Virus record (IMG/VR): IMGVR_UViG_3300030099_006944
Coordinates: 64,001-128,000 of that record
Direction: 5' to 3' (one strand)
From: a virus
Length of the DNA stretch: 64,000 nucleotides
In this document: one piece after another, positions 20,889 to 29,045 of the stretch
Numbering within the stretch: the stretch's first letter is position 1
Layout: each line of letters begins with the position of its first letter
Position numbers and translations under genes: made by a program
The notes under the pieces: model-generated
What the model was told of the DNA's origin: nothing
Seen by the model: the letters and a program-made list of their open reading frames with translations, nothing else
The model's database searches: none

Positions 20889-21299
20889 GTGAAACTAACA
20901 GAAGCAAAATTAAAAGAATTAATCTTAGAAGTAATGGGAGAGCCATTGCCCGAAATGATAACCGATTTACTGGATACCAATGATCCCGAAAATGTAGTGT
21001 ATGCCATTGAGTTATTTCAAGCGTTGGGCGATCCGGATAATAAAGATGAGATTGAGGCTACAATAATCAGTCCGACTTCAATAAGCATAAGTGGGAACTC
21101 TCTCGGGGCAGTTGGCAAACTCTTTAAAAGACTAGGATTAAAAGCAGGCCATGGTGGCCTTGCCGGAGATGATGGGAGACCATTTATAACAGCAGATCTT
21201 TATCCCAACGAACCAGAGCCCGAAGAAGAAGGAGGCGAAGATGCGCCTTATTATGACAGTTCTAGTGAATGGAAATCAAATGTTCGTCCAAAACGGTAA
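20889..21299 (+). CDS. Hypothetical acidic protein with conserved N-terminal leader
   Basis: GTG start. Begins MKLTEAKLKELILEVMGE and is preceded by ACTAATTA. Confidence 0.6.
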   Translation: MKLTEAKLKELILEVMGEPLPEMITDLLDTNDPENVVYAIELFQALGDPDNKDEIEATIISPTSISISGNSLGAVGKLFKRLGLKAGHGGLAGDDGRPFITADLYPNEPEPEEEGGEDAPYYDSSSEWKSNVRPKR

Positions 21300-21305
21300 A
21301 TAATT

Positions 21306-22598
21306 ATGAAACTAATAGAAGCAAAATTGAGAGAATTGATATGTGAGGTGCTTAATGAATCTAGATTCAATAAGAAAGCTTCCTCGGGAGTATTAGGTAT
21401 GAAACGAGGTGATGATGTTTCTAAGTCTTATTATAAAAAATTAGAAAAAGAAAAAAATGAAAAAATTGTGAGATATAGGCGCAAACTTGAGTTGACGTGC
21501 TCAGGTGGAAAGAAGACTGCTTGTGAAGAATTAAAAAACGTCGATGCCTACTTGGCTAGCCTAGAAGATAAAGGTGCGATGCCTGTTCCGACTCCTAAAT
21601 CAATTCGCAATATTGAAGCATCGACTTTTTCGGCCAAAAGAATTCGCGCTTATATGGAAAAAGTAATGGAAAACCATCCAGACCCAGAATGGCGCGAAGG
21701 ATTTAAATTTTCTTTTCGATTGCGCTTTTCCGCTCAACTTAGTGAACCCCCAAGTGATGGTCAATTGCCTTTCTCTGGTGTCAGACAACCGCCTCATTGG
21801 CTATTCGATCCCGGACTAGTTCGGCCTAAGAAATTTAGACACCTTGAAGAATCGGACTTTAGGCCCGAACTTGATGCAGAAGGTGAGCGTGAAGAAAGAG
21901 AAAGACTAGCGATGGACCAACGAGGCAGGAGAATGAGAGCGTACGCTCGCATCCCAATGTCTGATAAATGGGATGATTGGGAAAACAGGCACAGTTTCTA
22001 CATTGCTAAAGATAAAGAGCGCGGTGAGTTTGGGAAGCATTCTACTTTAGATTACTATTTGTGGTCCCGTATCCCAATGGAAGAATTAACCTTGCATCAC
22101 TTTGGAGACTACTGGGAACTGGATCCCGGCGACACACAAGGCCATGAAGAATATTATGTTGTAAAAAGATTGATTAGTCCAACTGGTGATGAACGTGCTT
22201 ACCAAGATGCAATGGGTGACGCGGGTCTAACAGAGTCAGTTTTAAAACAGTTAATCTATGAAACTCTGGAAGATGAAAGGGGAATCGATGGGCTGATAAA
22301 ATCAGGAGAGTGGGAAAATATTAACACAGCACTATCCCTCACGGTTGATGTCGGTTTGCCATTAGAAGAGTTGCCTTGGGATCTTCTGCCAATGAGTATT
22401 ATGGCAGAAGATGACTTGGTAGAGTTAGCGCGCTATTTATTAGATCTAAAAGGTTGGGAGGAACCAGGTCATAGTGATCCGGTCGGTAGGATGTTGCGCC
22501 ACGGCATCAAGGGAATGGTCGGAAAATTTCCTAGGATAGGCCGACAATATGCAGTCATGGCAATTAAAAAAATATTGGGACTTAGCCTCAGACCTTAA
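21306..22598 (+). CDS. Hypothetical protein with N-terminal leader and a second, internal leader copy
   Basis: Begins MKLIEAKLRELICEVLNE. Internal LTESVLKQLIYETLE at 22227-22271. Confidence 0.6.
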   Translation: MKLIEAKLRELICEVLNESRFNKKASSGVLGMKRGDDVSKSYYKKLEKEKNEKIVRYRRKLELTCSGGKKTACEELKNVDAYLASLEDKGAMPVPTPKSIRNIEASTFSAKRIRAYMEKVMENHPDPEWREGFKFSFRLRFSAQLSEPPSDGQLPFSGVRQPPHWLFDPGLVRPKKFRHLEESDFRPELDAEGEREERERLAMDQRGRRMRAYARIPMSDKWDDWENRHSFYIAKDKERGEFGKHSTLDYYLWSRIPMEELTLHHFGDYWELDPGDTQGHEEYYVVKRLISPTGDERAYQDAMGDAGLTESVLKQLIYETLEDERGIDGLIKSGEWENINTALSLTVDVGLPLEELPWDLLPMSIMAEDDLVELARYLLDLKGWEEPGHSDPVGRMLRHGIKGMVGKFPRIGRQYAVMAIKKILGLSLRP

Positions 22599-22621
22599 TA
22601 TATTAAATTTTAAAAAAATAC

Positions 22622-22649
22622 TTGACAAATCCTCTCAACGTGTTACATT
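22622..22649 (+). promoter_or_regulatory. sigma70-type promoter for primase (TTGACA-N16-TACATT, extended -10 TGn, AT-rich UP-like region)
   Basis: TTGACA at 22622-22627, TG at 22641-22642, TACATT at 22644-22649, with an A/T tract immediately upstream. Confidence 0.55.
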
Positions 22650-22666
22650 ATAAAAGAGAGGACAAC

Positions 22667-23602
22667 ATGAATAACAAACGACAGATAATAACCGACATAC
22701 TCGGTTCCTATCGCCGTGCAGGCGATGAACACTTATATCACTGCCCATTTTGCAAACACCACAAGAAAAAGATGTCGGTCAACTTTTCGATCAACTCTTA
22801 CAAATGTTGGGTTTGTGATGCTAGGGGTAAAAACATTTACCGACTTGTAAGAAAGTTTGGCAACTACCAGCAAAGACAAAAGTATCTGGAATTACAAGGC
22901 AGACTCGATCTTACAGAGTTTGAAGATATATTCAAAGAAATCAACGAACAGGAAACAATTCAAAAAATTGATTTACCTTTGGAGTTTATATCACTATGTA
23001 ATAAACACTTGCCACTACATTCTCAGACGCCTTTGGAATACCTCAAAACGAGGGGGATAGGTAAAGCTGAGATTTTACGCTGGAAGATGGGTTACTGCAA
23101 GGAGGGACGTTACAGTGGAAGAATTATTATCCCGTCTATCAACAACGATGGGGATTGTAATTATTTTATTGCCCGTTCTTATGTTGGGCATGGTCGTCGG
23201 TACCTTAATCCTCCGTGCGGTAGAGACATTGTCTTTAACTCTCTTATGGTTGACTGGGATGAGCCTGTTGTACTGGTCGAAGGTGTTTTTGATGCTATTG
23301 TTGTTGGAGACAATGCTATACCTATTCTTGGGTCAACGCTCCGAGAGGATTCCCGCCTTTTTCAGGCGTTAGCAATTCATGATACTCCGGTTTATGTAGC
23401 GTTAGATCCGGATGCTGAAAAAAAAGCACAGTGGATTATCAAGTCTCTTATGAGATACGACTTGGAAGTTAAAAAAATAAATTTAGAGGAATATGAAGAT
23501 ATTGGCTCAATGTCTAAGCAGGTTTTTCTAGAAAAATTACAAAATGCAGAGGAAGTAGACAGTGATATGTACTTCCTAGAAAGAATATTAAAAAGTATAT
23601 AA
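22667..23602 (+). CDS. dnaG: DNA primase (CHC2 zinc finger plus TOPRIM)
   Basis: HCPFC...CWVC zinc finger, LVEGVFDA and ALDPDA TOPRIM motifs. Start set to ATG 22667 after GAGAGGA; the ORF-track TTG start is the -35 box. Confidence 0.85.
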   Translation: MNNKRQIITDILGSYRRAGDEHLYHCPFCKHHKKKMSVNFSINSYKCWVCDARGKNIYRLVRKFGNYQQRQKYLELQGRLDLTEFEDIFKEINEQETIQKIDLPLEFISLCNKHLPLHSQTPLEYLKTRGIGKAEILRWKMGYCKEGRYSGRIIIPSINNDGDCNYFIARSYVGHGRRYLNPPCGRDIVFNSLMVDWDEPVVLVEGVFDAIVVGDNAIPILGSTLREDSRLFQALAIHDTPVYVALDPDAEKKAQWIIKSLMRYDLEVKKINLEEYEDIGSMSKQVFLEKLQNAEEVDSDMYFLERILKSI

Positions 23603-23613
23603 TTGGAGGACTA

Positions 23614-23916
23614 ATGTTATTTTATATTTTCATGGCATGCCATCAGCCATTAGAAACAACAGGGCAAACCGTAGAAATACCCAAAGAAGCATACGAATGG
23701 ACTTGTCGCGACAGACAAGAACATAGCGAGATAGAAATAACAGCAGGGGTATGCAATGAATTTGAAACCTTAGAAGTATCAGTTTCGTTGATCAACGAGG
23801 GTGACTTTCAAGAAGAAATGTATCATGAAGGTGGCTGTTGGTGGTCGGCTTTTATAATACAGGAAGAAAACTGCATAGAAATAGAGAATATTATTATAAC
23901 AGCGAAGGCGTTATGA
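23614..23916 (+). CDS. Putative small lipoprotein
   Basis: GGAGG RBS. Hydrophobic start MLFYIFMA-C with a lipobox-like Cys9. Confidence 0.4.
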   Translation: MLFYIFMACHQPLETTGQTVEIPKEAYEWTCRDRQEHSEIEITAGVCNEFETLEVSVSLINEGDFQEEMYHEGGCWWSAFIIQEENCIEIENIIITAKAL

Positions 23917-24125
23917 AAACTTTAGATTTACATGGAATGACGCATTCAGAGGCCGAAGCGGCATGTCATTTCTTTATCAATAACAATTGGGGTGAAGAAA
24001 TGAGAATCATCACAGGCAATTCTTTTTTGATGAAAGAGATTGTATGCCAAGTGCTAATATTTTATAAATTAGATTTTACACTTGACAACCCATACAACAT
24101 GGGTTATATTATAGTAAGAAAGTAA
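23913..24125 (+). CDS. Stand-alone Smr-domain protein
   Basis: ATGA overlap start. MKTLDLHGMT...MRIITGNS matches the Smr DLHG and IITG signatures. Confidence 0.65.
   Translation: MKTLDLHGMTHSEAEAACHFFINNNWGEEMRIITGNSFLMKEIVCQVLIFYKLDFTLDNPYNMGYIIVRK
24082..24110 (+). promoter_or_regulatory. sigma70-type promoter TTGACA-N17-TATATT for the SbcDC fusion gene
   Basis: TTGACA at 24082-24087 and TATATT at 24105-24110, followed by GGAGG and ATG 24136. Confidence 0.7.
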
Positions 24126-24135
24126 TGGAGGACAT

Positions 24136-27100
24136 ATGACTACTTTTGCACACATATCGGACACTCATATCCGAAACGTTAAATATCACGAAGAATACAG
24201 AAAGGTATTTAAAGATATATATGAGAGCTTAGAAAACGACAAACCAGATTATATTATACACACCGGTGACATTGCTCACACAAAGACACAATTGTCTCCG
24301 GAATATTTTGAACTTTGCGCAGATTTTCTCAAAAATTTAGCAGATATTGCGCCAACTTATATTATTTTAGGAAACCACGATGGTAACCTCAAAAACGACA
24401 ATCGACAGGATGCAATTACCCCAGTAATTGAAGCACTACAACATCCAAACTTGTTTTTGTTAAAGAATTCAGGCGAGACCCAATTGACAGACTCGATCTG
24501 CCTAAATGTCCTCTCTGTGTTTGATCGGGACAATTGGGTAACTCCCACTGATAAATCCATGGTAAACATTGCGCTTTACCATGGTGCTATCATGGGGTGT
24601 GAAATAAATGAAGAATGGAATCTCGAAAATGGCGAAGATGATATTAATATATTTACAAACTTCGATTACGCTATGTTGGGCGATATCCACAAAACACAAA
24701 AGTTAGACCCGGACGGTCGAGTTTGGTATGCCGGCTCTACTGTTCAGCAAAACTTTGGCGAGTCTTTGATGAAGGGTTATCTTTTGTGGGATATCCGAGA
24801 TCAAGAAACATTTAGTGTTGAAAAAAGATTATTTATGTCTCCTCGACCATTTTATACTGTTGAGATAAATCAAGACGGAACTTTACCAAAAGTTAACGTA
24901 CCAAAGAACGCTAGACTCAGATTGGTGTCAAACTACAATCTACCGTTGGTAAAATTAAGAATGGCATGTGATTATGCAAATGCAAAATGGAATCCGTATA
25001 CAATAAATTTTGTTAACAGGGCAGGGTACACTGAATCCTCTGTTGTGCAAAACGATGGTAAGAACATTAATATGCGAGACCAAAATGTTCAAGAGAAATA
25101 TATCAAAGCATTTCTTTCCGATAAAGAAATTACCAAGGATGTCTTAGATAGAGTTTTAGAACTTAATCGGGAATATTCTAAGCAAATCAAAGGATCAGAA
25201 GATGTTTCTAGAAATATTGTTTGGAAACTTCGTAAAATGAAATGGAACAATCTATTTAACTACGGCGAAAAGAATGAAATTGATTTTGATAAGCTAAATG
25301 GGCTTGTTGGGATCTTCGGCAAAAACTATTCTGGAAAGTCCAGTATCATTGATGCGGCACTTTTTGGCTTATTTAACACTACGTCCAAAGGAGAGAGAAA
25401 AAATGTTCACATCGTTAATCAAAATCGCGACAAAGCTAAGTGTCAACTTGAGATCGGAGTCGGTGATGATACCTACAAGATTACAAGAAACCTCGAAACC
25501 TACCAAAAGAAACTAAGAGGCAAGGAAACAAAAGAAGTAAAAACTGAATTGGATTTTACTAAATGGGCACTTGGACAACACGCTGAGAGTAAAAACGGCA
25601 CCACTCGTAACGAAACAGACGAGATTATTCGTAAAACATTTGGAAACTACAATGACTTTATGATAACTTCAATGGCCTCTCAGATGGATGCGTTTGGTTT
25701 TATTAACGAGGGATCCACAAAACGCAAAGAGATTCTTGCAAAGTTTCTAGATTTGAAAATGTTCGAAGAGAAACATAAATTAGCGAAGAAAGACTCAGCA
25801 GAAAAGAAAGGCGTAATAAAACACCTCAACTCAACCGATTGGAGAAAGAAGTTAAAATGGAATCAAGAAGCGTTATCTGAGATTTTAGAAGATATAGCAG
25901 ATCAGGCAGATTTGTGTGATAAGCACACTAAAAGAATCAATGTTCTTCGAGAAGAACAAAGGGTAATAAAAGATCAGATTACAACTGTCGGTACCGATTC
26001 GATTGATATAAAACAATTAGAAAAAGACCTCAAAAAGAAGCAAAAACAGCTTGCAACAGCCTCACAAGTAATCGAGAAGGGTCTTGATAGGTTAAGTGCC
26101 CAAGAGAGTCTACAAAAGCAATTACGGTCGTTTATTGAAGACTTTGATATCACAACTTGTGAAGACCAGATCGAAAAACATAAGGGTCTTTTGAAAGATA
26201 TTTCAATTATAGAAAGGAACATTCGTTCAACTAAGATGGAAATAGACAACTATCAGAACAAAATCGATTTACTACATGATCACGAATATGATCCAAATTG
26301 TAAGTACTGTCGCGATAACCAATTTGTCAAAGAAGCGGAACAAGCAAGAACCCTAATCGAAGAGTCACGGAAGACTTTGTGCGCCTTCGAGAGTGATTTG
26401 ACAGAGGCCAACAAGAAGAAACAAGCTATCAATATCACTTATTTAAAAGCTGAATTGGAAGATTACAATTTAAAGTTTAGAGAGGTAAAAACAAATGAAG
26501 TTAAGATCAAAAGTATTAAGTCGGAAGTGTCGGCAAGCAAGAGTAAAAAGGCTCTTACGGAAAAAGAGATCGAAGAGATCAAAACAAAGATCTCACACTA
26601 CTATGAAAACCAAGAGGCGTACGATAATTTGGAATCCTTGCAGAGAGATCTTAAAGCAATCAAATTAACCATATCCATGAAGATGAATGATCTCGAAAGA
26701 TGCAACAAGAAGGTTCTCAAACTAATGTCGGAAGAAGGCACCACTCGTCGCCTGATTGAAGAAGCCAAAGAGCACATTCAACAAATAGTAGATGCTGAGA
26801 ATGAGTTTATTGCTTATGATTTGTACATACAAGCAATGCATGCTAACGGAGTCTCATATCAGGTTATTAAGTCAATGTTGCCAATTATAAATAAAGAGAT
26901 TTCTTCTGTTCTAAATACAATTGTTGATTTCGAGGTTTTCTTTGACAATATCGATAATAAATTGGAAATTTACATTAAACATCCAAAATATGACCCTCGC
27001 CCATTATCAATGGGATCAGGAGCAGAGAAGACAATTGCTTCAATGGCAATACGTCTAGCCTTAATATCAATCACCAATTTACCAAAAAGCGAACTATTTA

Positions 27101-27285
27101 TACTTGACGAACCAGCAACTGCATTGGATCAAGATCACATGGAGGGGTTTATACGACTTCTGCAAATGATTAAAGGTCAATTTAGAACGGTTCTTCTTAT
27201 TTCCCATCTAGAATCTCTCAAAGACATTGTTGATATGACAATCGATATTCAAAAAATAGATGGCTTTGCAAAGGTAAAAGTATAA
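24136..27285 (+). CDS. Fused SbcD/Mre11 nuclease and SbcC/Rad50 ATPase (gp47-gp46-like recombination nuclease)
   Basis: Metallophosphoesterase motifs HISDTH, HTGD, GNHD, LGDIH. Walker A GKNYSGKSS, coiled coil with CKYC zinc hook, signature SGAE, Walker B FILDEP, H-loop ISH. Confidence 0.9.
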   Translation: MTTFAHISDTHIRNVKYHEEYRKVFKDIYESLENDKPDYIIHTGDIAHTKTQLSPEYFELCADFLKNLADIAPTYIILGNHDGNLKNDNRQDAITPVIEALQHPNLFLLKNSGETQLTDSICLNVLSVFDRDNWVTPTDKSMVNIALYHGAIMGCEINEEWNLENGEDDINIFTNFDYAMLGDIHKTQKLDPDGRVWYAGSTVQQNFGESLMKGYLLWDIRDQETFSVEKRLFMSPRPFYTVEINQDGTLPKVNVPKNARLRLVSNYNLPLVKLRMACDYANAKWNPYTINFVNRAGYTESSVVQNDGKNINMRDQNVQEKYIKAFLSDKEITKDVLDRVLELNREYSKQIKGSEDVSRNIVWKLRKMKWNNLFNYGEKNEIDFDKLNGLVGIFGKNYSGKSSIIDAALFGLFNTTSKGERKNVHIVNQNRDKAKCQLEIGVGDDTYKITRNLETYQKKLRGKETKEVKTELDFTKWALGQHAESKNGTTRNETDEIIRKTFGNYNDFMITSMASQMDAFGFINEGSTKRKEILAKFLDLKMFEEKHKLAKKDSAEKKGVIKHLNSTDWRKKLKWNQEALSEILEDIADQADLCDKHTKRINVLREEQRVIKDQITTVGTDSIDIKQLEKDLKKKQKQLATASQVIEKGLDRLSAQESLQKQLRSFIEDFDITTCEDQIEKHKGLLKDISIIERNIRSTKMEIDNYQNKIDLLHDHEYDPNCKYCRDNQFVKEAEQARTLIEESRKTLCAFESDLTEANKKKQAINITYLKAELEDYNLKFREVKTNEVKIKSIKSEVSASKSKKALTEKEIEEIKTKISHYYENQEAYDNLESLQRDLKAIKLTISMKMNDLERCNKKVLKLMSEEGTTRRLIEEAKEHIQQIVDAENEFIAYDLYIQAMHANGVSYQVIKSMLPIINKEISSVLNTIVDFEVFFDNIDNKLEIYIKHPKYDPRPLSMGSGAEKTIASMAIRLALISITNLPKSELFILDEPATALDQDHMEGFIRLLQMIKGQFRTVLLISHLESLKDIVDMTIDIQKIDGFAKVKV

Positions 27286-27551
27286 TGAAAATGACGAAAC
27301 AACAACTAAAACAAATTATAAAAGAAGAGCTCACTGGGGTTCTGAAAGAAATGGGTCCAGAGATTCCTGATGCGGAGCTACCGCAAGGGGACGATCTAGA
27401 TCAGGCACTTAATATTCCGGAAGAAGTACCACCAGAAGTTGCGGAAATGGGAGAGTGGTACGCTGCTAATCCCAATGCTTCTCCGGAGGAAGTTCATATG
27501 GCATGGTCAGAAATTTCTGCAAAATATATGCCGGGAGCCATGGAAGAATGA
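27285..27551 (+). CDS. Hypothetical acidic protein with conserved N-terminal leader
   Basis: Begins MKMTKQQLKQIIKEELTGVLKE. TAATG coupling. Confidence 0.6.
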   Translation: MKMTKQQLKQIIKEELTGVLKEMGPEIPDAELPQGDDLDQALNIPEEVPPEVAEMGEWYAANPNASPEEVHMAWSEISAKYMPGAMEE

Positions 27552-27787
27552 AAGAAGAAAACAAAGTTATGATTCAAAATGAACTATACCTTAAAAATGA
27601 AAATAAAGGTATCTTAGATGCTGTTCAAGAAAAACTCGCGAGTAGAAAATTACTAGTTTTTCTGACGGCAACTGCTCTTATGGTTTGGGCAAATCTAGAC
27701 CCAGATATTTGGGGTATGATTGCTATGTGTTATATTGGTGGCCAATCGGCTATCGATTTCGCAAAATCTTGGAAACACGGAGGATAA
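27548..27787 (+). CDS. Putative holin-like membrane protein (two TM segments)
   Basis: KLLVFLTATALMVWA and IWGMIAMCYIGG hydrophobic segments in a small protein. ATGA overlap start. Confidence 0.4.
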   Translation: MKEENKVMIQNELYLKNENKGILDAVQEKLASRKLLVFLTATALMVWANLDPDIWGMIAMCYIGGQSAIDFAKSWKHGG

Positions 27788-27792
27788 TGAAA

Positions 27793-27894
27793 ATGAAAGC
27801 GTTTTTACACAGACTAGCAAATTTGTTCAACAGTGCTCACTGTTGTTGCTGTTGTGGATGTTGTGCTTGTGTTAGTTGTAAAGGAACTTGTTAA
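27793..27894 (+). CDS. 33-aa cysteine-rich peptide (10 Cys)
   Basis: GGAGG at 27779-27783. MKAFLHRLANLFNSAHCCCCCGCCACVSCKGTC, with its stop overlapping the next ATG. Confidence 0.55.
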   Translation: MKAFLHRLANLFNSAHCCCCCGCCACVSCKGTC

Positions 27895-28247
27895 TGAAAC
27901 TTACCAAAAACCAACTAACACAAATTATAAAAGAAGAACTCAATACCGTCATGGAATCCTATGGTGATAATTATAAAGATTATATGCTTCGACCAGAAGA
28001 CCCAGAAGTCATGGCCGATATTGAACGTAGAAACAATATGGACCTAGAAGAAAAGGTCAAAGAATGGTACGGTAATGAAATAACTGATCTTTCCCAGATC
28101 ATTTGGATGGAAGGACTCGAAGAAAATCAGATGGAACAAGGTTTTGCCATATTAGGTGAAGACCCGAGATACGTATTGGAATCTATCGAACCAGAGGAGC
28201 TTCCAATAATTTGGAAATTGGCTCTAGAAGAAGCGGAAGATATGTAG
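27894..28247 (+). CDS. Hypothetical acidic protein with conserved N-terminal leader
   Basis: Begins MKLTKNQLTQIIKEELNTVMES. Start moved to the ATG overlapping the upstream TAA. Confidence 0.6.
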   Translation: MKLTKNQLTQIIKEELNTVMESYGDNYKDYMLRPEDPEVMADIERRNNMDLEEKVKEWYGNEITDLSQIIWMEGLEENQMEQGFAILGEDPRYVLESIEPEELPIIWKLALEEAEDM

Positions 28248-28249
28248 TT

Positions 28250-28297
28250 ATGAAACTCTCTAAACAACATCTTAAAAGCGCGTACGGAGCAGAATAG
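28250..28297 (+). pseudogene. 15-aa remnant of a leader-bearing gene (MKLSKQHLKSAYGAE)
   Basis: Fills the gap between two genes exactly. Its TAG overlaps the next GTG, and the first 9 residues match the leader family. Confidence 0.35.
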
Positions 28298-28695
28298 TGA
28301 AGATTGCTTGGGCTAAAATAAAACTATGGTGCTTTCATAATTGGAGAATTCTGGTTATTGTCGGCGCTATTGTTTTAGCCTATCTCTTGGGAGGTAAAAA
28401 AGTCAAAGCGCTTCAAACTCAATTACAGATGGCCAAGGAGCTTTATAAAAAAGAACTTGATGCTGTTGAGTCGGCCTCCGATAAAAAAACAGAATTGCAA
28501 ACCGAAGCCAACATTAAATATAAGCGCGCTTTAGAGATTGCACACAAAACAGCAATGGAGTCAGATGACCATATAGAACTAATCAAAGCAGAGAGAGTTC
28601 GAAGACTTGTTGAGGATAACAAAGACGATCCAGATAAGATCGATCGTATTTTAGCTGAGGAGTTTGGTATCCTTGTATTTCCGAAGGATAAATAA
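28297..28695 (+). CDS. Membrane-anchored coiled-coil protein (i-spanin-like)
   Basis: N-terminal TM segment ILVIVGAIVLAYLLGG followed by a charged helical region. Confidence 0.4.
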   Translation: MKIAWAKIKLWCFHNWRILVIVGAIVLAYLLGGKKVKALQTQLQMAKELYKKELDAVESASDKKTELQTEANIKYKRALEIAHKTAMESDDHIELIKAERVRRLVEDNKDDPDKIDRILAEEFGILVFPKDK

Positions 28696-29045
28696 TGAAA
28701 CTTTGGACACCATGGTTTTTTGAAAACAGCAAGATTCCCGTTTGGTTATCTTATGTGTCTCCAATTAATATTGGCGCGATTACTCTTGGGCCGATCGTGA
28801 TTAGTAAAGGAGAAATGTCAGACAAAACCAAGAGACATGAGACGATACATTATCAACAATATATTGACGTGTTGTTTGTTGGGTTTTGGCCTCTTTATTT
28901 GTTTTACTGGATGGTTAATCTTCTCAGAGGTATGAATGGCAGTACAGCGTATAGAAAAATACCATTTGAAGTAGAAGCCTACAATAATGATCATGATGAG
29001 TCCTACTTGCAGAACAGAAAAAGATATGCTTGGTGGGGGCTCTAA
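28695..29045 (+). CDS. Small membrane zincin-like protein (HExxH; DUF4157-like)
   Basis: RHETIHYQQ, then a hydrophobic segment, then PFEVEAY. Confidence 0.55.
   Translation: MKLWTPWFFENSKIPVWLSYVSPINIGAITLGPIVISKGEMSDKTKRHETIHYQQYIDVLFVGFWPLYLFYWMVNLLRGMNGSTAYRKIPFEVEAYNNDHDESYLQNRKRYAWWGL

Noticed and set aside
28250-28300. Stop-codon reassignment (TAG readthrough) to extend the mini-ORF
   Set aside because: The TAG is followed immediately by an in-frame TGA, and long genes show no internal TAG/TGA, so the standard code fits.
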